A DNA stretch of 64,000 nt from positions 2,075 through 66,074 of the forward strand of contig JBBDXJ010000293.1 of assembly GCA_040902445.1 (NCBI GenBank), given 5' to 3'. The translations under genes and the position numbers were made by a program. This stretch comes from Cyclobacteriaceae bacterium. Lineage in GTDB: Bacteria; Bacteroidota; Bacteroidia; Cytophagales; Cyclobacteriaceae. Under the pieces are notes generated by a model. It had not been told where the DNA came from. It saw only the letters and a program-made list of their open reading frames with translations, and made no database searches. Positions 54,421-64,000 of the stretch are shown here, piece after piece (the stretch's first letter is position 1; each line of letters begins with the position of its first letter).

Positions 54421-55101
54421 ATGTCAATCAAAATTATAGGAGCCGGATTACCCAGAACCGGTACAAATACACTTAAAGCTTCTCTTGAAAGACTCGGTTA
54501 TACAAAAACTTATCATATGAAGGAGCTCCTTGTACATCCTGAAAACCTTCATTATTGGTTAGCGCTGAAAAACACATCGACTACCAAATGGGATGAGCTC
54601 TATAAAGGTTTTCAGGCCACCGTGGACTTCCCAGGTTATCCGTGGTATAAGGAGCACATGAAACGTTATCCCGATGCAAAAGTGATTTTGACTGTAAGGC
54701 CTTTTGAAAGTTGGTATACCAGTATTTTCAGCACCATTTGGCAGGCAGGACCTCAAACTTTAGGTCAGAAATTAAAGATGATGTCCAGGCTCCTTTTCAA
54801 TCCCAGACTCAGGTCAGTAATTAAATGCGTTAAATTTGCAAAAGGAACAATTTTCGGAGACCACCTTCAGGGCAAATTTGCCGATAAAGCCTTCGCGGAA
54901 AAAATTTTTAATAAACACATAGCAGATGTTAAAGCACATGTTCCGGCACATAAATTACTTGTTTACGATGTTGGCGATGGCTGGGGACCACTTTGTAAAT
55001 TTTTGGGTAAGCCAGAACCAAAAGAACCACTTCCACATTTAAACAAGAAAGAAAATTTTAAGGAAATGTTGGTTGAACTCATGAAAGGCAACATGGTCTA
55101 A
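54421..55101 (+). CDS. sulfotransferase family protein (P-loop, Sulfotransfer_4-like)
   Basis: 226 aa. N-terminal IIGAGLPRTGTNTLKASLERLGY, a PAPS-binding-loop-like motif. Confidence 0.6.
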   Translation: MSIKIIGAGLPRTGTNTLKASLERLGYTKTYHMKELLVHPENLHYWLALKNTSTTKWDELYKGFQATVDFPGYPWYKEHMKRYPDAKVILTVRPFESWYTSIFSTIWQAGPQTLGQKLKMMSRLLFNPRLRSVIKCVKFAKGTIFGDHLQGKFADKAFAEKIFNKHIADVKAHVPAHKLLVYDVGDGWGPLCKFLGKPEPKEPLPHLNKKENFKEMLVELMKGNMV

Positions 55102-55200
55102 AAAAAGGAATTTCCTCTGCCCCTGATCTAACCAATGGTCAAGTACAGGCATTTTGAATTTCTTTCTTTTCTTGATTAGTCAAGCAGGAGCAACTGCATA

Positions 55201-55231
55201 CCCGTCTGACCGCTCAAAGCGGTCGGACGGG
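55201..55231. repeat. GC-rich 13-bp-stem hairpin in a convergent intergenic region
   Basis: CCCGTCTGACCGC TCAAA GCGGTCGGACGGG, with one T-G position in the stem. Confidence 0.5.
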
Positions 55232-55265
55232 TAAGGTATTGCGCTCACTAGTTCCGGGATCAAGT

Positions 55266-55299
55266 AAAAAACCTGAGTTGCTCACCCAGGTTTTTTTTT
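55266..55299. terminator. bidirectional intrinsic terminator
   Basis: A6 run, imperfect stem AACCTGAG...CTCACCCAGGTT, then a T9 run. It sits between the convergent sulfotransferase and Kelch genes. Confidence 0.6.
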
Positions 55300-55316
55300 G
55301 TCACGCTGATTGCTAG

Positions 55317-56372
55317 TTAATTTTTTATCAGCTCAGTTCGGTTGGCAGCCTCCATGGTCCATATATCTCCTGAAAAACTGTCCGTATGTCCGGTGTGCTT
55401 ACCTCCATATAACCAAAGCTTATCTTTAAATACAACGCTGTTGTTACCGCTGCGTGGTGTCCATGGCGCGGATCCGGTTTGAAGTTGCCAGTGTGATCCA
55501 TCAATGGAAAACCAGACATCTTTGTAGGCGTTGCGCGCATTACTTTCACGGCCACCGTAGACCCACATTAAATTATCAAATACGATAGCGCCGTAATCGT
55601 AGCGGTCTTTCCACGGACAATCTGTTTTCACCTGCGTCCAGTTTTTTCCGTCATCACTGCGCCAGATATCGGATTCACCCTGACCACCTACTAGCCAAAG
55701 TCTGTCTTTGAAAACCAAAAGCCTGGGATTAAATCTGCCATTCCATGGCGCCGTATCAAGCACCTTCGTCCACCGTATCCCGTCTGTTGACGACCAGATG
55801 TCGTTGATATGTTCCTTCGGCGTTTTATCTTCGTTCACACTGACCTCACCACCAAATAGCCACAACTTATTGTTAAACACTACCAGTGTATGTCCCTTTC
55901 TGGGTGACCATTCGGCGTTCGTTACGGTCCGGGCCCAGGTTTTTCCGTCGGCCGACGACCAGATCTCGTTCAATAAGGTATTGGTGGGATAATCCATTCC
56001 CCCTGAGATCCAAAACCTGTTATTGAAATATACATACGACATAGAGATCCGTTCCCCCCAGTCGTGTTTTTTGTGCATCTCCCACTGAATGCCGTTCTTT
56101 GATGTCCATGCCATCTTTTGTCCGATCATCCAGAGGTCATTATTAAATGCGACCAACGGAACGATGGCACTTGGGTAAGTTCCCGGTTTCCATTCATGCT
56201 GATGAGTACCCGATCCCGGCGGCGCAACCTGTGTCCATTTGAATTCCGGTGAAACCGTATTAAAGGAGATCTCTGATCTTTCAATTGCTTTTTCCTCCCG
56301 CACCCCTTGTGAAGAAATATAAATGACGGTACCTGCCGTCATGAGACCCAGAAAAATTAACAATGTTTTCAT
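55317..56372 (-). CDS. Kelch-repeat beta-propeller protein with N-terminal signal/anchor
   Basis: 351 aa. Repeated units of the type FNNKLWLFGG / FKDRLWLVGG / FDNLMWVYGG / FKDKLWLYGG, each followed by W-containing strands. Confidence 0.7.
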   Translation of the reverse strand: MKTLLIFLGLMTAGTVIYISSQGVREEKAIERSEISFNTVSPEFKWTQVAPPGSGTHQHEWKPGTYPSAIVPLVAFNNDLWMIGQKMAWTSKNGIQWEMHKKHDWGERISMSYVYFNNRFWISGGMDYPTNTLLNEIWSSADGKTWARTVTNAEWSPRKGHTLVVFNNKLWLFGGEVSVNEDKTPKEHINDIWSSTDGIRWTKVLDTAPWNGRFNPRLLVFKDRLWLVGGQGESDIWRSDDGKNWTQVKTDCPWKDRYDYGAIVFDNLMWVYGGRESNARNAYKDVWFSIDGSHWQLQTGSAPWTPRSGNNSVVFKDKLWLYGGKHTGHTDSFSGDIWTMEAANRTELIKN

Positions 56373-56575
56373 ATGTGAATATGATAAGTGATTTTTTTCT
56401 TATTCGTTGACAGTTGGCCTTTGGCAAAGGTTCTTGGTTTTTTTCAATCGAATTTACCCAAACCTACGTGTAGTTGGAACGGTTGGATTGGTAAATATGA
56501 TCTCCTGCACGAAATACTTGACCAAATGCATTTTTCCGCCGGGTAGTCATGATGAAAAATTCTTAATTTCAGGGA

Positions 56576-57598
56576 ATGGATCGCTTCTGGAAATATAGAC
56601 TTGACCATTTGATCTTTTGGTCAGCTACTGTAGGTTTTCATATGTTTACCAGGCTTCAACTGATCAACAAAGCAGGCCTTGATCAGTTTACGCTTGAAAT
56701 AATTATCCGCAACGGCCTGCTCGCCGTGCTGATCTATTTTAATCTGCTAGTCCTTATTCCCCGATATGCGCAGCGCAAAAAAATAATCGCCTACACATTT
56801 CTGTTACTCGGCACCCTTGGCGTGTACGTTCTTTTTAAGAATGCCCACGACGTCTATTTGAATGGTTATGTATTGGGTGATGAAAGCGGAAGGTCCTTCT
56901 TTTACAATACCTATTATAATTTTTCCATCGCGATATTTTATGTTGCCTTTGGTATAGCGCTCCATTTAAGTAAAGAATGGTATTTCCAGCGCGAGCTTAT
57001 AAGAAAAATGGAGGTGGAGAAGTTGAATTCCGAACTCGAGTATCTTAAAGCACAGATCAATCCTCATTTTGTTTTTAATTCTATCAATACAATTTATTTT
57101 CAGATTCAGAAGGATAACACAACAGCGCGCCAATCCCTGTCTGCTTTTTCGGAAATGCTGCGATACCAATTGTATGAATGCAACGGAAAAGAAATTTTAA
57201 TAGAAAAGGAGATCAATTATTTGAAAAATTATGTCGCTTTGCAAAGGATGCGCAAAGATGAAAACTACAACATCACATTTGTGGAAGAAGATGATCTTAA
57301 AGGATTCACCATTTCTCCACTACTATTGATTCCATTCGTGGAAAATGCCTTTAAACATGTTTCCCATTATCCGGGGGAAAATGAAGTGAGGATAAGGCTG
57401 GCAAGGCATGAACAAAGATTTCAGCTATCTGTCTACAATACCAAAGAAAACAGTAAAAAGGTCAATGACACGCATACAGGTATCGGACTGAAAAATGTAA
57501 GGCGCCGGCTGGAGTTACTGTATAAGGATCGGCATGAATTATCGATCGACAGCAAACCCGATAGTTTTGAGGTAAATCTGTTGTTAGATATTTCTTAA
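56576..57598 (+). CDS. LytS/YehU-type sensor histidine kinase
   Basis: 340 aa. 4 N-terminal TMs, LKAQINPHFVFNSINTIY (His_kinase H-box region), and an ATPase domain with GIGLKNVRRRL. Confidence 0.8.
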   Translation: MDRFWKYRLDHLIFWSATVGFHMFTRLQLINKAGLDQFTLEIIIRNGLLAVLIYFNLLVLIPRYAQRKKIIAYTFLLLGTLGVYVLFKNAHDVYLNGYVLGDESGRSFFYNTYYNFSIAIFYVAFGIALHLSKEWYFQRELIRKMEVEKLNSELEYLKAQINPHFVFNSINTIYFQIQKDNTTARQSLSAFSEMLRYQLYECNGKEILIEKEINYLKNYVALQRMRKDENYNITFVEEDDLKGFTISPLLLIPFVENAFKHVSHYPGENEVRIRLARHEQRFQLSVYNTKENSKKVNDTHTGIGLKNVRRRLELLYKDRHELSIDSKPDSFEVNLLLDIS

Positions 57599-57643
57599 GG
57601 CGTTATAAACTCATCGAATGCAGACATTGCAAACCCGGTACAT

Positions 57644-58363
57644 ATGAAATTGAACTGTCTTATAGTCGATGACGAACCCCTGGCTCGAAAAGGCCTTCAG
57701 GAATATGTTCAGGAGATCGATTTTCTCAACCGGGTTGCTTCGTGTGAAAATGCTTTGAAGGCCGCACCCTATCTCAATGAACAAAAGATCGATTTGATCT
57801 ACCTCGATATACACATGCCGAAGGTTTCCGGCATTGATTTCCTTAAATCGCTAAAGAATCCCCCGCTGACAATTTTTACCACAGCGTATACAGATTATGC
57901 GCTCGAAGGCTATACCCTGGATGTTATCGATTATCTGGTTAAACCGATAACCTTTGAGAGGTTTCTGAAAGCGTCCCAAAAAGCCCTTGAATTTTTTCAA
58001 CTGAAAGTTCGGGCTGAAAATCACGGCGCAAGCGGGCCTGATTACTTTTTTGTCCGTTGTGACAGCAAGTTTGAAAAGGTCTTTTTTCGCGATGTTTCTT
58101 ATGTTGAAGCGCTGCAGAATTATGCCGTGATTCATGTTCCCGGGAAGAAACTGATCACCTACATCACTTTAACGAGCCTTGAAAACCAGCTGCCAAAAGA
58201 GCAGTTTTTAAAAGTTCATAAATCCTTCCTGATCTCCGTTCCGCACATTAAGGCAATTGAAGGCAATGAAATAATTATGGAGAGCGCCCGCATACCAATC
58301 AGCAGAAGCCTGAGGGATGAAGTCATCCGGCAAATTTTAGGGAATCGTCTTTTTAAGCGATAG
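57644..58363 (+). CDS. LytR/AlgR (LytTR) family response regulator
   Basis: 239 aa. Receiver domain (LIVDDEPLAR, DLIYLDIHMP) plus a C-terminal LytTR DNA-binding domain (FLKVHKSFLIS). Confidence 0.85.
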   Translation: MKLNCLIVDDEPLARKGLQEYVQEIDFLNRVASCENALKAAPYLNEQKIDLIYLDIHMPKVSGIDFLKSLKNPPLTIFTTAYTDYALEGYTLDVIDYLVKPITFERFLKASQKALEFFQLKVRAENHGASGPDYFFVRCDSKFEKVFFRDVSYVEALQNYAVIHVPGKKLITYITLTSLENQLPKEQFLKVHKSFLISVPHIKAIEGNEIIMESARIPISRSLRDEVIRQILGNRLFKR

Positions 58364-58485
58364 CTCTTACGAAGCGTTTAAGGAAAATTTGCTTCACAAT
58401 TAACGAGTTAAGAGTTAGTTTTCAGTCCATCAAAAAAGAACCGCTGATAAAAGGGAAATCTTTCACGCCTTTTGAAGAAATGAAG

Positions 58486-58558
<73 letters not shown>

Positions 58559-58689
58559 TGAAATGTTAAATTAAATAAGAAGCCGTAGAGTAAAACACTG
58601 GCAGGCAATTTATCATCGCGTCAAATTAAACTTTATTTCCGTAAGAATGGAATCCTGCATGAAAGATTCGTTGTTAGCATGACCAACAA

Positions 58690-58893
58690 TTGAATTTGAC
58701 GCATTCAACCCCTAAGGATGTCGCGTTTGCTCCCGCTTTACCTGAGATACCGAACATACCTTTGTTACGCCAACCTGATCGAAATCAGTTCGGCTTTGCA
58801 GATAATTTCAAACTAACTTGTGAAACACAGGAGGAAGTGGACCGATATTGGAATAAACTTTCTAAAGGTGGCAAGACTCAAATGTGTGGATGA
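58690..58893 (+). pseudogene. degraded VOC / PhnB-like (3-demethylubiquinone methyltransferase-like domain) remnant
   Basis: The 67-aa ORF ends ...FKLTCETQEEVDRYWNKLSKGGKTQMCG then TGA, where family members continue CGWLKDKFG. The N-terminal half of the domain is unrecognisable. Confidence 0.4.
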
Positions 58894-59170
58894 TGGATAA
58901 ACTCGACATCACTCTCATTGTTAAAACCTTTTTGAGCTTCGCCGAATCTACCGACACTGCTTAAATCCCTTTGGACTAAAGCCCTTCATCAAACCCATTC
59001 TTTCTCCACCACCTTCTATGTTGAAAAACAATAGTTGGTGCCAATAACTTTTCATCTTTTTAGTGTTAAAGCAGTTTATAACTGTTTTACTTTTGTTTAT
59101 CAGGCAAAGCGGAAGCAGGCTCTGCTGGAGAGCAACCTGCCAGGAATAGCCTGATCGACTGGAATGGTCA

Positions 59171-59206
59171 AAGAGGTTGGAGTTTGAGACTTCAACCTCT
59201 TTTCTT
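59171..59206 (+). terminator. intrinsic-terminator-like hairpin (plus-strand orientation)
   Basis: AAGAGGTTGGAGT TTGAG ACTTCAACCTCTT (one mismatch) followed by TTCTT. No U-run would follow on the minus strand. Confidence 0.45.
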
Positions 59207-59209
59207 GTA

Positions 59210-60600
59210 ATTCATTCCAAGAGCCAATGCCTTTAAAAAACTCAACCTACAAACTTTGAGTTACAAAACAATCTTCTATCAACAGTACAAAGCGTCTGCA
59301 TTTCAGTGTCAATTTTTCAAGAATGAGTAGTCGTAGACTAAAGATAATTCCCCATTGGCGGAACAAGGTGGTGGTAACGATCTACTCAAGGTTAAGCGTT
59401 TTTATAACTCAGGATCATCATTTTATGATGCCTATTTCATATTTTTCCTTCCTTCGAAGGATAAGATTTATTCGCCTTAGTAATTTCTTAGCAATCCGAA
59501 TAATAGCTTTGTTAGCTGCCATCCTTTTACACAGTTTTTGGTAACTACTAAAAAGAGCTGGATCATTGCGAATAGCGATCCAGGAACTTTCAATTAAAGC
59601 AACTCGAAGGCGCGAATGTTTTCGAGGGCTAATGCCCAATACAATCTGGTTGTCTCCACTTGAGTCAGTACAGGGCACTAAGCCTACATAGGAGCATAAT
59701 TGATCAAAATCCGTAAACCGATTAATGCTTTCCAGCTCTGTTAATAGTCTCATAGCAGTAAGTATGCCTATTCCTGGTACGGTTAGTAGCAATTCTACAT
59801 TTTCCCGATATTCCGGTGTTTTAGATAATTCGCGTATTTGGCGGGTGACTTTCAATAATAAAGAACGTTGATGATTCACCATATCCAGCAAGGCATCTAA
59901 TCCATTTCGACAAGTATTGTGCTCGAAAGCGATGTTACTTACCCATTGAATGAATTGTTTTGACCAGTGGGCCGATTTTATACCAAAGCGCGCGGGCAAA
60001 GTGATTCCTTGAAAGAAGAGTAGCATTTTAACCCTGGTTTTGTTGCGCTTTAAATCTTTAACAATTGTATCCCTGGTCCGAAGTAAGATCCTGTCCTGCT
60101 GAGTTTTCTCGGAAGGAATAAAAATGCCCCTTAATTTGCCCGACTGAAGCGTTGATGCAATCTTACGGCTGTCCCTCTGGTCCTCCTTCTGTCTGCGCTC
60201 CTTGTCGGTAGTCGGAATGTCTGCTGGGTTAACAATAATGGAATTGATACCCATTCTGGTTAATTCCCGATGCACGGCAAAACCGCAAAAACCCGCTTCA
60301 TACGCACTGTAATACTCTGCGCCAGGAAAATTCGTCTTTAAATAATTGACCAGCTTCTCACTCTCGGGCGGTGCAGAAAATGTCTTGTAATGAATGTCGC
60401 CGGCCATAACTGTAACTTTCCAGGATTTCAAATGGACATCAACACCCACATAAATCGATTGTCCACTAAATGTGTTTTCGTTAACTTTCGTTTGCATAGG
60501 TAATGTGTTTTAAATTGTTGCTTTAATAAGTTAGAACCTATTAAAGTTGGCACTTTACCTATGCATTTTCAAACATACTGACTAAAGGTGGAGGCAATTG
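59210..60600 (-). mobile_element. IS110-family insertion sequence (ends approximate)
   Basis: Single transposase ORF with non-coding flanks. No terminal inverted repeats seen, as expected for IS110. The ends cannot be fixed without a second copy or an empty site. Confidence 0.5.
59418..60497 (-). CDS. IS110 family transposase (DEDD recombinase)
   Basis: 359 aa. N-terminal YVGVDVHLKSWKV (DEDD/RuvC-like). The C-terminal Transposase_20-type region LLTVPGIGILTAMRLLTEL...SYVGLVPCTDSSG is characteristic of IS110/IS116/IS902. Confidence 0.85.
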   Translation of the reverse strand: MQTKVNENTFSGQSIYVGVDVHLKSWKVTVMAGDIHYKTFSAPPESEKLVNYLKTNFPGAEYYSAYEAGFCGFAVHRELTRMGINSIIVNPADIPTTDKERRQKEDQRDSRKIASTLQSGKLRGIFIPSEKTQQDRILLRTRDTIVKDLKRNKTRVKMLLFFQGITLPARFGIKSAHWSKQFIQWVSNIAFEHNTCRNGLDALLDMVNHQRSLLLKVTRQIRELSKTPEYRENVELLLTVPGIGILTAMRLLTELESINRFTDFDQLCSYVGLVPCTDSSGDNQIVLGISPRKHSRLRVALIESSWIAIRNDPALFSSYQKLCKRMAANKAIIRIAKKLLRRINLILRRKEKYEIGIIK

Positions 60601-60625
60601 ATGTACTCAACTTTAAATTCCTATT

Positions 60626-60688
60626 CCTTTATGCCCTTATGTCCCTTATGTCCCTATACCCTATACCCTATACCTATACCTATACCTT
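60626..60688. repeat. compound microsatellite (CCCTTATGT)~3 - (CCCTATA)3 - (CCTATA)2-3
   Basis: Read directly: cctttatg cccttatg tcccttatg tccctata ccctata ccctata cctata cctata. Confidence 0.8.
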
Positions 60689-60881
60689 GATGAAACAAAC
60701 CTGCTGCCTATCTTGTTTCATAATAGAGTGTCAGTGCGCAATCTTAGGGAAGTTTACGGCAAAGCAGGCATTTATTCACCTCAACAAACTGTTATGTGAA
60801 TTTTATAAACCCTGACATAAATTCTATTAAGGCCCGTTGCGTTACAATTGCGATATTTGGAAATGATCTGAATGAAAAGTG

Positions 60882-61460
60882 ATGACTACCCTTTACATTA
60901 AAAACATGGTTTGCGATCGCTGTAAGATGGCCGTAAAACGCGAACTCGAGAGCGCAGGTCTAACCCCTGAAAAAATTGCATTGGGCGAAGTAACCGTAAG
61001 AGAGGATCAGATCTCTGCTGAAGTTCAAAAGGGTCTGGATGATGCTCTTTTATCACTGGGGTTTGAACGGATCGATGACCGCAAAGCCAGACTCATTGAG
61101 AATATTAAAAATAAGGTAATTGAATTGATCCATTACGGCGACCCTGCGCAGAGAAAATTTAACTGGTCTGACATCCTTTCGGAAAGCCTTCACTACGAAT
61201 ATAACTACCTCAGCAACCTGTTTTCTTCTGTTGAGGGCATCACGCTGGAACAATACATCATCAGGCAGAAGATTGAGAAGGTAAAGGAACTCTTATTTTA
61301 TGATGAGTTCAATCTGAGCGAGATTGCACATAAACTTGGATATAGCAGTGTGGCCCATCTTTCAGGACAGTTTAAAAAAGTCACGGGCTTTACTCCTTCT
61401 GAGCTAAAGAAATCCAGAGAGATGGATCAAAGCCGGAAACCGCTTGACGATGTATCCTGA
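60882..61460 (+). CDS. AraC-family transcriptional regulator with an N-terminal HMA-like (CxxC) metal-binding domain
   Basis: N-terminus MTTLYIKNMVCDRCKMAVKRELESAGL is a heavy-metal-associated fold signature. The C-terminus has the AraC HTH (SEIAHKLGYSSVAHLSGQFKKVTGFTPSELKK). It sits directly upstream of the Cu-ATPase gene. Confidence 0.7.
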   Translation: MTTLYIKNMVCDRCKMAVKRELESAGLTPEKIALGEVTVREDQISAEVQKGLDDALLSLGFERIDDRKARLIENIKNKVIELIHYGDPAQRKFNWSDILSESLHYEYNYLSNLFSSVEGITLEQYIIRQKIEKVKELLFYDEFNLSEIAHKLGYSSVAHLSGQFKKVTGFTPSELKKSREMDQSRKPLDDVS

Positions 61461-61737
61461 TTTGCGCTCTCGCTTAATGAGTGGTGAGTTGTCAGTCCAT
61501 AGGACTCCTTTGGAGTGGTGAGTCAGGAAGTGCGTCTTCTGGTTTTGTCGCCTTTTTTAAGGGTGCTTTAATTACTGAAGTCGCTACAACGCCTGGGTGC
61601 GTTTCTTCTCCTTTGATCATCGTGACCAGCAGTACGTCGAGAATGTGAATTATATAAATCAAATGGATTATATATAAAACTAAACGCTATGGAAACCTGT
61701 ATTATACGTAGCGAAGGAGGGTTAAAATATTAAGACA

Positions 61738-63990
61738 ATGTCGACAAATACAAATACCGGGATCAAAAGTGTTACAACCAGAAAATATATCAAAGAAGCT
61801 TTCCCTGTGCTTGAAATGACCTGCGCAGCCTGCGCGGTAAGTGTTGAATCCATGCTTAAATCCACCGTGGGCGTTAAAGATGCTGCTGTGAATTTCGCCA
61901 ATCAAACCGCCTGGGTTGAATACGATGGCAGCGTTGCAAAGCCCTCCGATTTAAGAAGTGCTGTTCAGGCGATCGGTTATGATCTGGTGATTGATGTTGA
62001 TGATCCTCAGGCCGTTCAGGAGCAATCACAGCAGGAGCATTACAGGCAGGTTAAACACCGGACCATCGGGTCTTCAATCCTCGCACTTCCGGTGGTTATC
62101 ATCGGAATGTTTTTTATGGACCTGCCTTACGGCAATTACATTTCACTCGCGCTCACTACTCCGATCGTATTTTATTTTGGAAGAATTTTTTTTATCAATG
62201 CGTGGAAACAAGCGCGTTATGGAAAGGCGAATATGGATACACTGGTAGCTTTGTCCACGGGCATCGCCTTTATTTTCAGCGCCTTTAATACTTTCTTTCC
62301 TGAATTCTGGATCGAACGGGGCGTTGATCCACATGTGTATTACGAAGCGGCTGCTGTGGTGATTGCGTTTATTTCCTTTGGAAAGATGCTTGAAGAAAAG
62401 GCCAGGTCCAGTACTTCATCGGCGATCAGGAAATTGATGGGCTTACAGCCGAAAACGGTTATTGCTCTGGTGGACGGAGCGGAACAACAAATACCCATCG
62501 CTGAAGTGAAAAAGGGTTATCATATTCTTGTTCGCCCTGGAGAGAAAATTCCCGTTGATGGTGTGGTGATTGACGGCTCGTCATTTGTTGACGAAAGTAT
62601 GATCTCAGGCGAACCGCTTCCCGTAGAAAAAAAATCCGGGGCAAAAGTTTTTGCCGGAACCATTAACCAAAAAGGCAGTTTCAGGTTTGAGGCACAAAAG
62701 GTCGGTAGCGAAACAATTTTAGCGCAGATCATAGAGATGGTTCAGCGAGCCCAGGGAAGTAAAGCACCGGTCCAAAGGTTGGTAGATAAAATTGCAGGCA
62801 TTTTTGTTCCCGTCGTAATTGGAATATCAATCCTTACTTTTTTGATTTGGATGGTAGCTGGCGGCGAAAATGCTTTTACCCATGCGCTGTTAACCTCTGT
62901 CACCGTGTTGGTGATCGCCTGTCCCTGTGCCCTGGGCCTGGCAACACCCACGGCGATCATGGTGGGCGTCGGCAAAGGCGCCGAAAATAATATCCTTATC
63001 AAGGACGCGGAAAGTCTGGAAGTGGCTCATAAAGTCAATGCGGTCATTCTCGATAAAACCGGCACGATCACTGAAGGAAAACCTATTGCAACCGATCTGA
63101 TCTGGTATTCGCAAGAGACTGATTATTATAAAAAGATCCTCTTTTCGCTTGAAACTCACTCGGAACATCCGCTTGCGGAAGCCATAGCCGAAAAGTTAAA
63201 GTCCGAGGGAATTTTATATGTCGCCATGCAACAATATGAAAGTATCACTGGTGGAGGAGTAGTAGGCAGTGTCCAGGATCAGAAATATTTTGTGGGAAAT
63301 AAAAAATTAATGGATGAAAACGGAATTAATATTTCTCCGGAAATTCTGGAAAAGGCAAACGAATTGAAATCTGACGCTAAAACCGTTGTTTACTTTGCAG
63401 ACTCTGAAAAAGTACTTGCACTGATAGCGATTGCCGATAAAATCAAAACCACGTCCAAAGAAGCGATTGCATCCTTACAAAACATGGGAATTGATGTTTA
63501 TATGTTAACGGGTGATAACGAACAAACGGCCCGGGCCGTGGCGCAACAGGTTTCATTAGAGCATTACCGTGCAGAAGTTCTGCCCGCTGATAAGGCGAAC
63601 TTTATCAGGGACCTCCAGGAAAAGGGAAAGGTCGTTGCTATGGTTGGAGACGGAATTAATGATTCGGAGGCATTGGCCCAGGCTGATGTGAGCATCGCCA
63701 TGGGGAAGGGTTCTGATATTGCGATGGATGTTGCCAGAATGACGTTGATCACTTCCGACCTGCGGCTGGTTCCAAAGGCTTTTAATTTGTCTGCGAAAAT
63801 AGTAAGGGGCATTCGACAGAATTTGTTTTGGGCTTTTGTTTACAATATCCTTGGTATTCCGCTTGCCGCGGGGGTTCTATATCCAGTCAATGGGTTTTTA
63901 CTTAATCCCATGATCGCTGGCGCCGCCATGGCACTCAGTTCGGTGAGCGTAGTTACCAATAGCCTCAGACTGCGGTCTTCACGAATATAG
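61738..63990 (+). CDS. copA: copper-translocating P1B-type ATPase
   Basis: 750 aa. HMA domain [17 protein letters not shown] motif ([12 protein letters not shown]), DKTGTIT phosphorylation site, GDGINDS hinge, and YN(x4)P and MALSS motifs typical of Cu(I) transporters. Confidence 0.9.
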   Translation: MSTNTNTGIKSVTTRKYIKEAFPVLEMTCAACAVSVESMLKSTVGVKDAAVNFANQTAWVEYDGSVAKPSDLRSAVQAIGYDLVIDVDDPQAVQEQSQQEHYRQVKHRTIGSSILALPVVIIGMFFMDLPYGNYISLALTTPIVFYFGRIFFINAWKQARYGKANMDTLVALSTGIAFIFSAFNTFFPEFWIERGVDPHVYYEAAAVVIAFISFGKMLEEKARSSTSSAIRKLMGLQPKTVIALVDGAEQQIPIAEVKKGYHILVRPGEKIPVDGVVIDGSSFVDESMISGEPLPVEKKSGAKVFAGTINQKGSFRFEAQKVGSETILAQIIEMVQRAQGSKAPVQRLVDKIAGIFVPVVIGISILTFLIWMVAGGENAFTHALLTSVTVLVIACPCALGLATPTAIMVGVGKGAENNILIKDAESLEVAHKVNAVILDKTGTITEGKPIATDLIWYSQETDYYKKILFSLETHSEHPLAEAIAEKLKSEGILYVAMQQYESITGGGVVGSVQDQKYFVGNKKLMDENGINISPEILEKANELKSDAKTVVYFADSEKVLALIAIADKIKTTSKEAIASLQNMGIDVYMLTGDNEQTARAVAQQVSLEHYRAEVLPADKANFIRDLQEKGKVVAMVGDGINDSEALAQADVSIAMGKGSDIAMDVARMTLITSDLRLVPKAFNLSAKIVRGIRQNLFWAFVYNILGIPLAAGVLYPVNGFLLNPMIAGAAMALSSVSVVTNSLRLRSSRI

Positions 63991-64000
63991 GTCAGAGAGT

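Noticed and set aside
60588-60815. 75-aa plus-strand ORF, and the idea that the tandem repeats at 60626-60688 form a CRISPR array.
   Set aside because: The ORF is simply the translation of the microsatellite (…LYPIPYTYTYTL…). The repeat units are 6-9 nt with no spacers, so this is not CRISPR architecture.

Overview
64-kb chromosomal window that looks like a Bacteroidota genome, possibly Chitinophagia/Sphingobacteriia-like. That placement is an inference from several ~800-aa orphan MacB/FtsX-type permease paralogs, a LytS/LytTR pair, many lipoprotein-type secreted enzymes and an HMA-AraC/CopA locus. I support about 45 protein-coding genes, one tRNA-Lys(CUU), one IS110-family element, several small repeat/hairpin families and at least five decayed genes. 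The decayed genes are a YdeI fragment, an amidohydrolase with an in-frame TGA, a frameshifted DUF1761 gene, a frameshifted and internally deleted MacB-like gene, and a VOC-like remnant. Most of the window is ordinary catabolic or transport content: a MetE-like/SIS/ROK/SDR block; an FAD-oxidoreductase/phosphotriesterase-like pair; Lhr helicase; a block of RidA, ceramidase-like, aminotransferase, MFS, dehydrogenase and dipeptidase genes; two sulfotransferases; and a copper ATPase. The main finding is a tightly packed seven-gene minus-strand operon at 40557-49838 with the subunit set of a group-4 [NiFe] hydrogenase / hydrogenase-4 (Hyf) / complex-I-like membrane machine. Its large subunit has lost both NiFe-binding Cys pairs. 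Its NuoB-like small subunit has lost all four ligands of the proximal [4Fe-4S] cluster. The fused ferredoxin-like domain keeps exactly the four Cys needed for one cluster. The three antiporter-like subunits keep their charged transmembrane residues. A Crp/Fnr-family regulator gene and a perfect TTGAT-N4-ATCAA box lie just upstream. This fits the poorly understood 'Ehr' (energy-converting hydrogenase related) class, for which I know of no biochemical function, and it may be an extreme cofactor-stripped variant. All calls come from reading the ORF translations and the DNA by eye. No database search was run.
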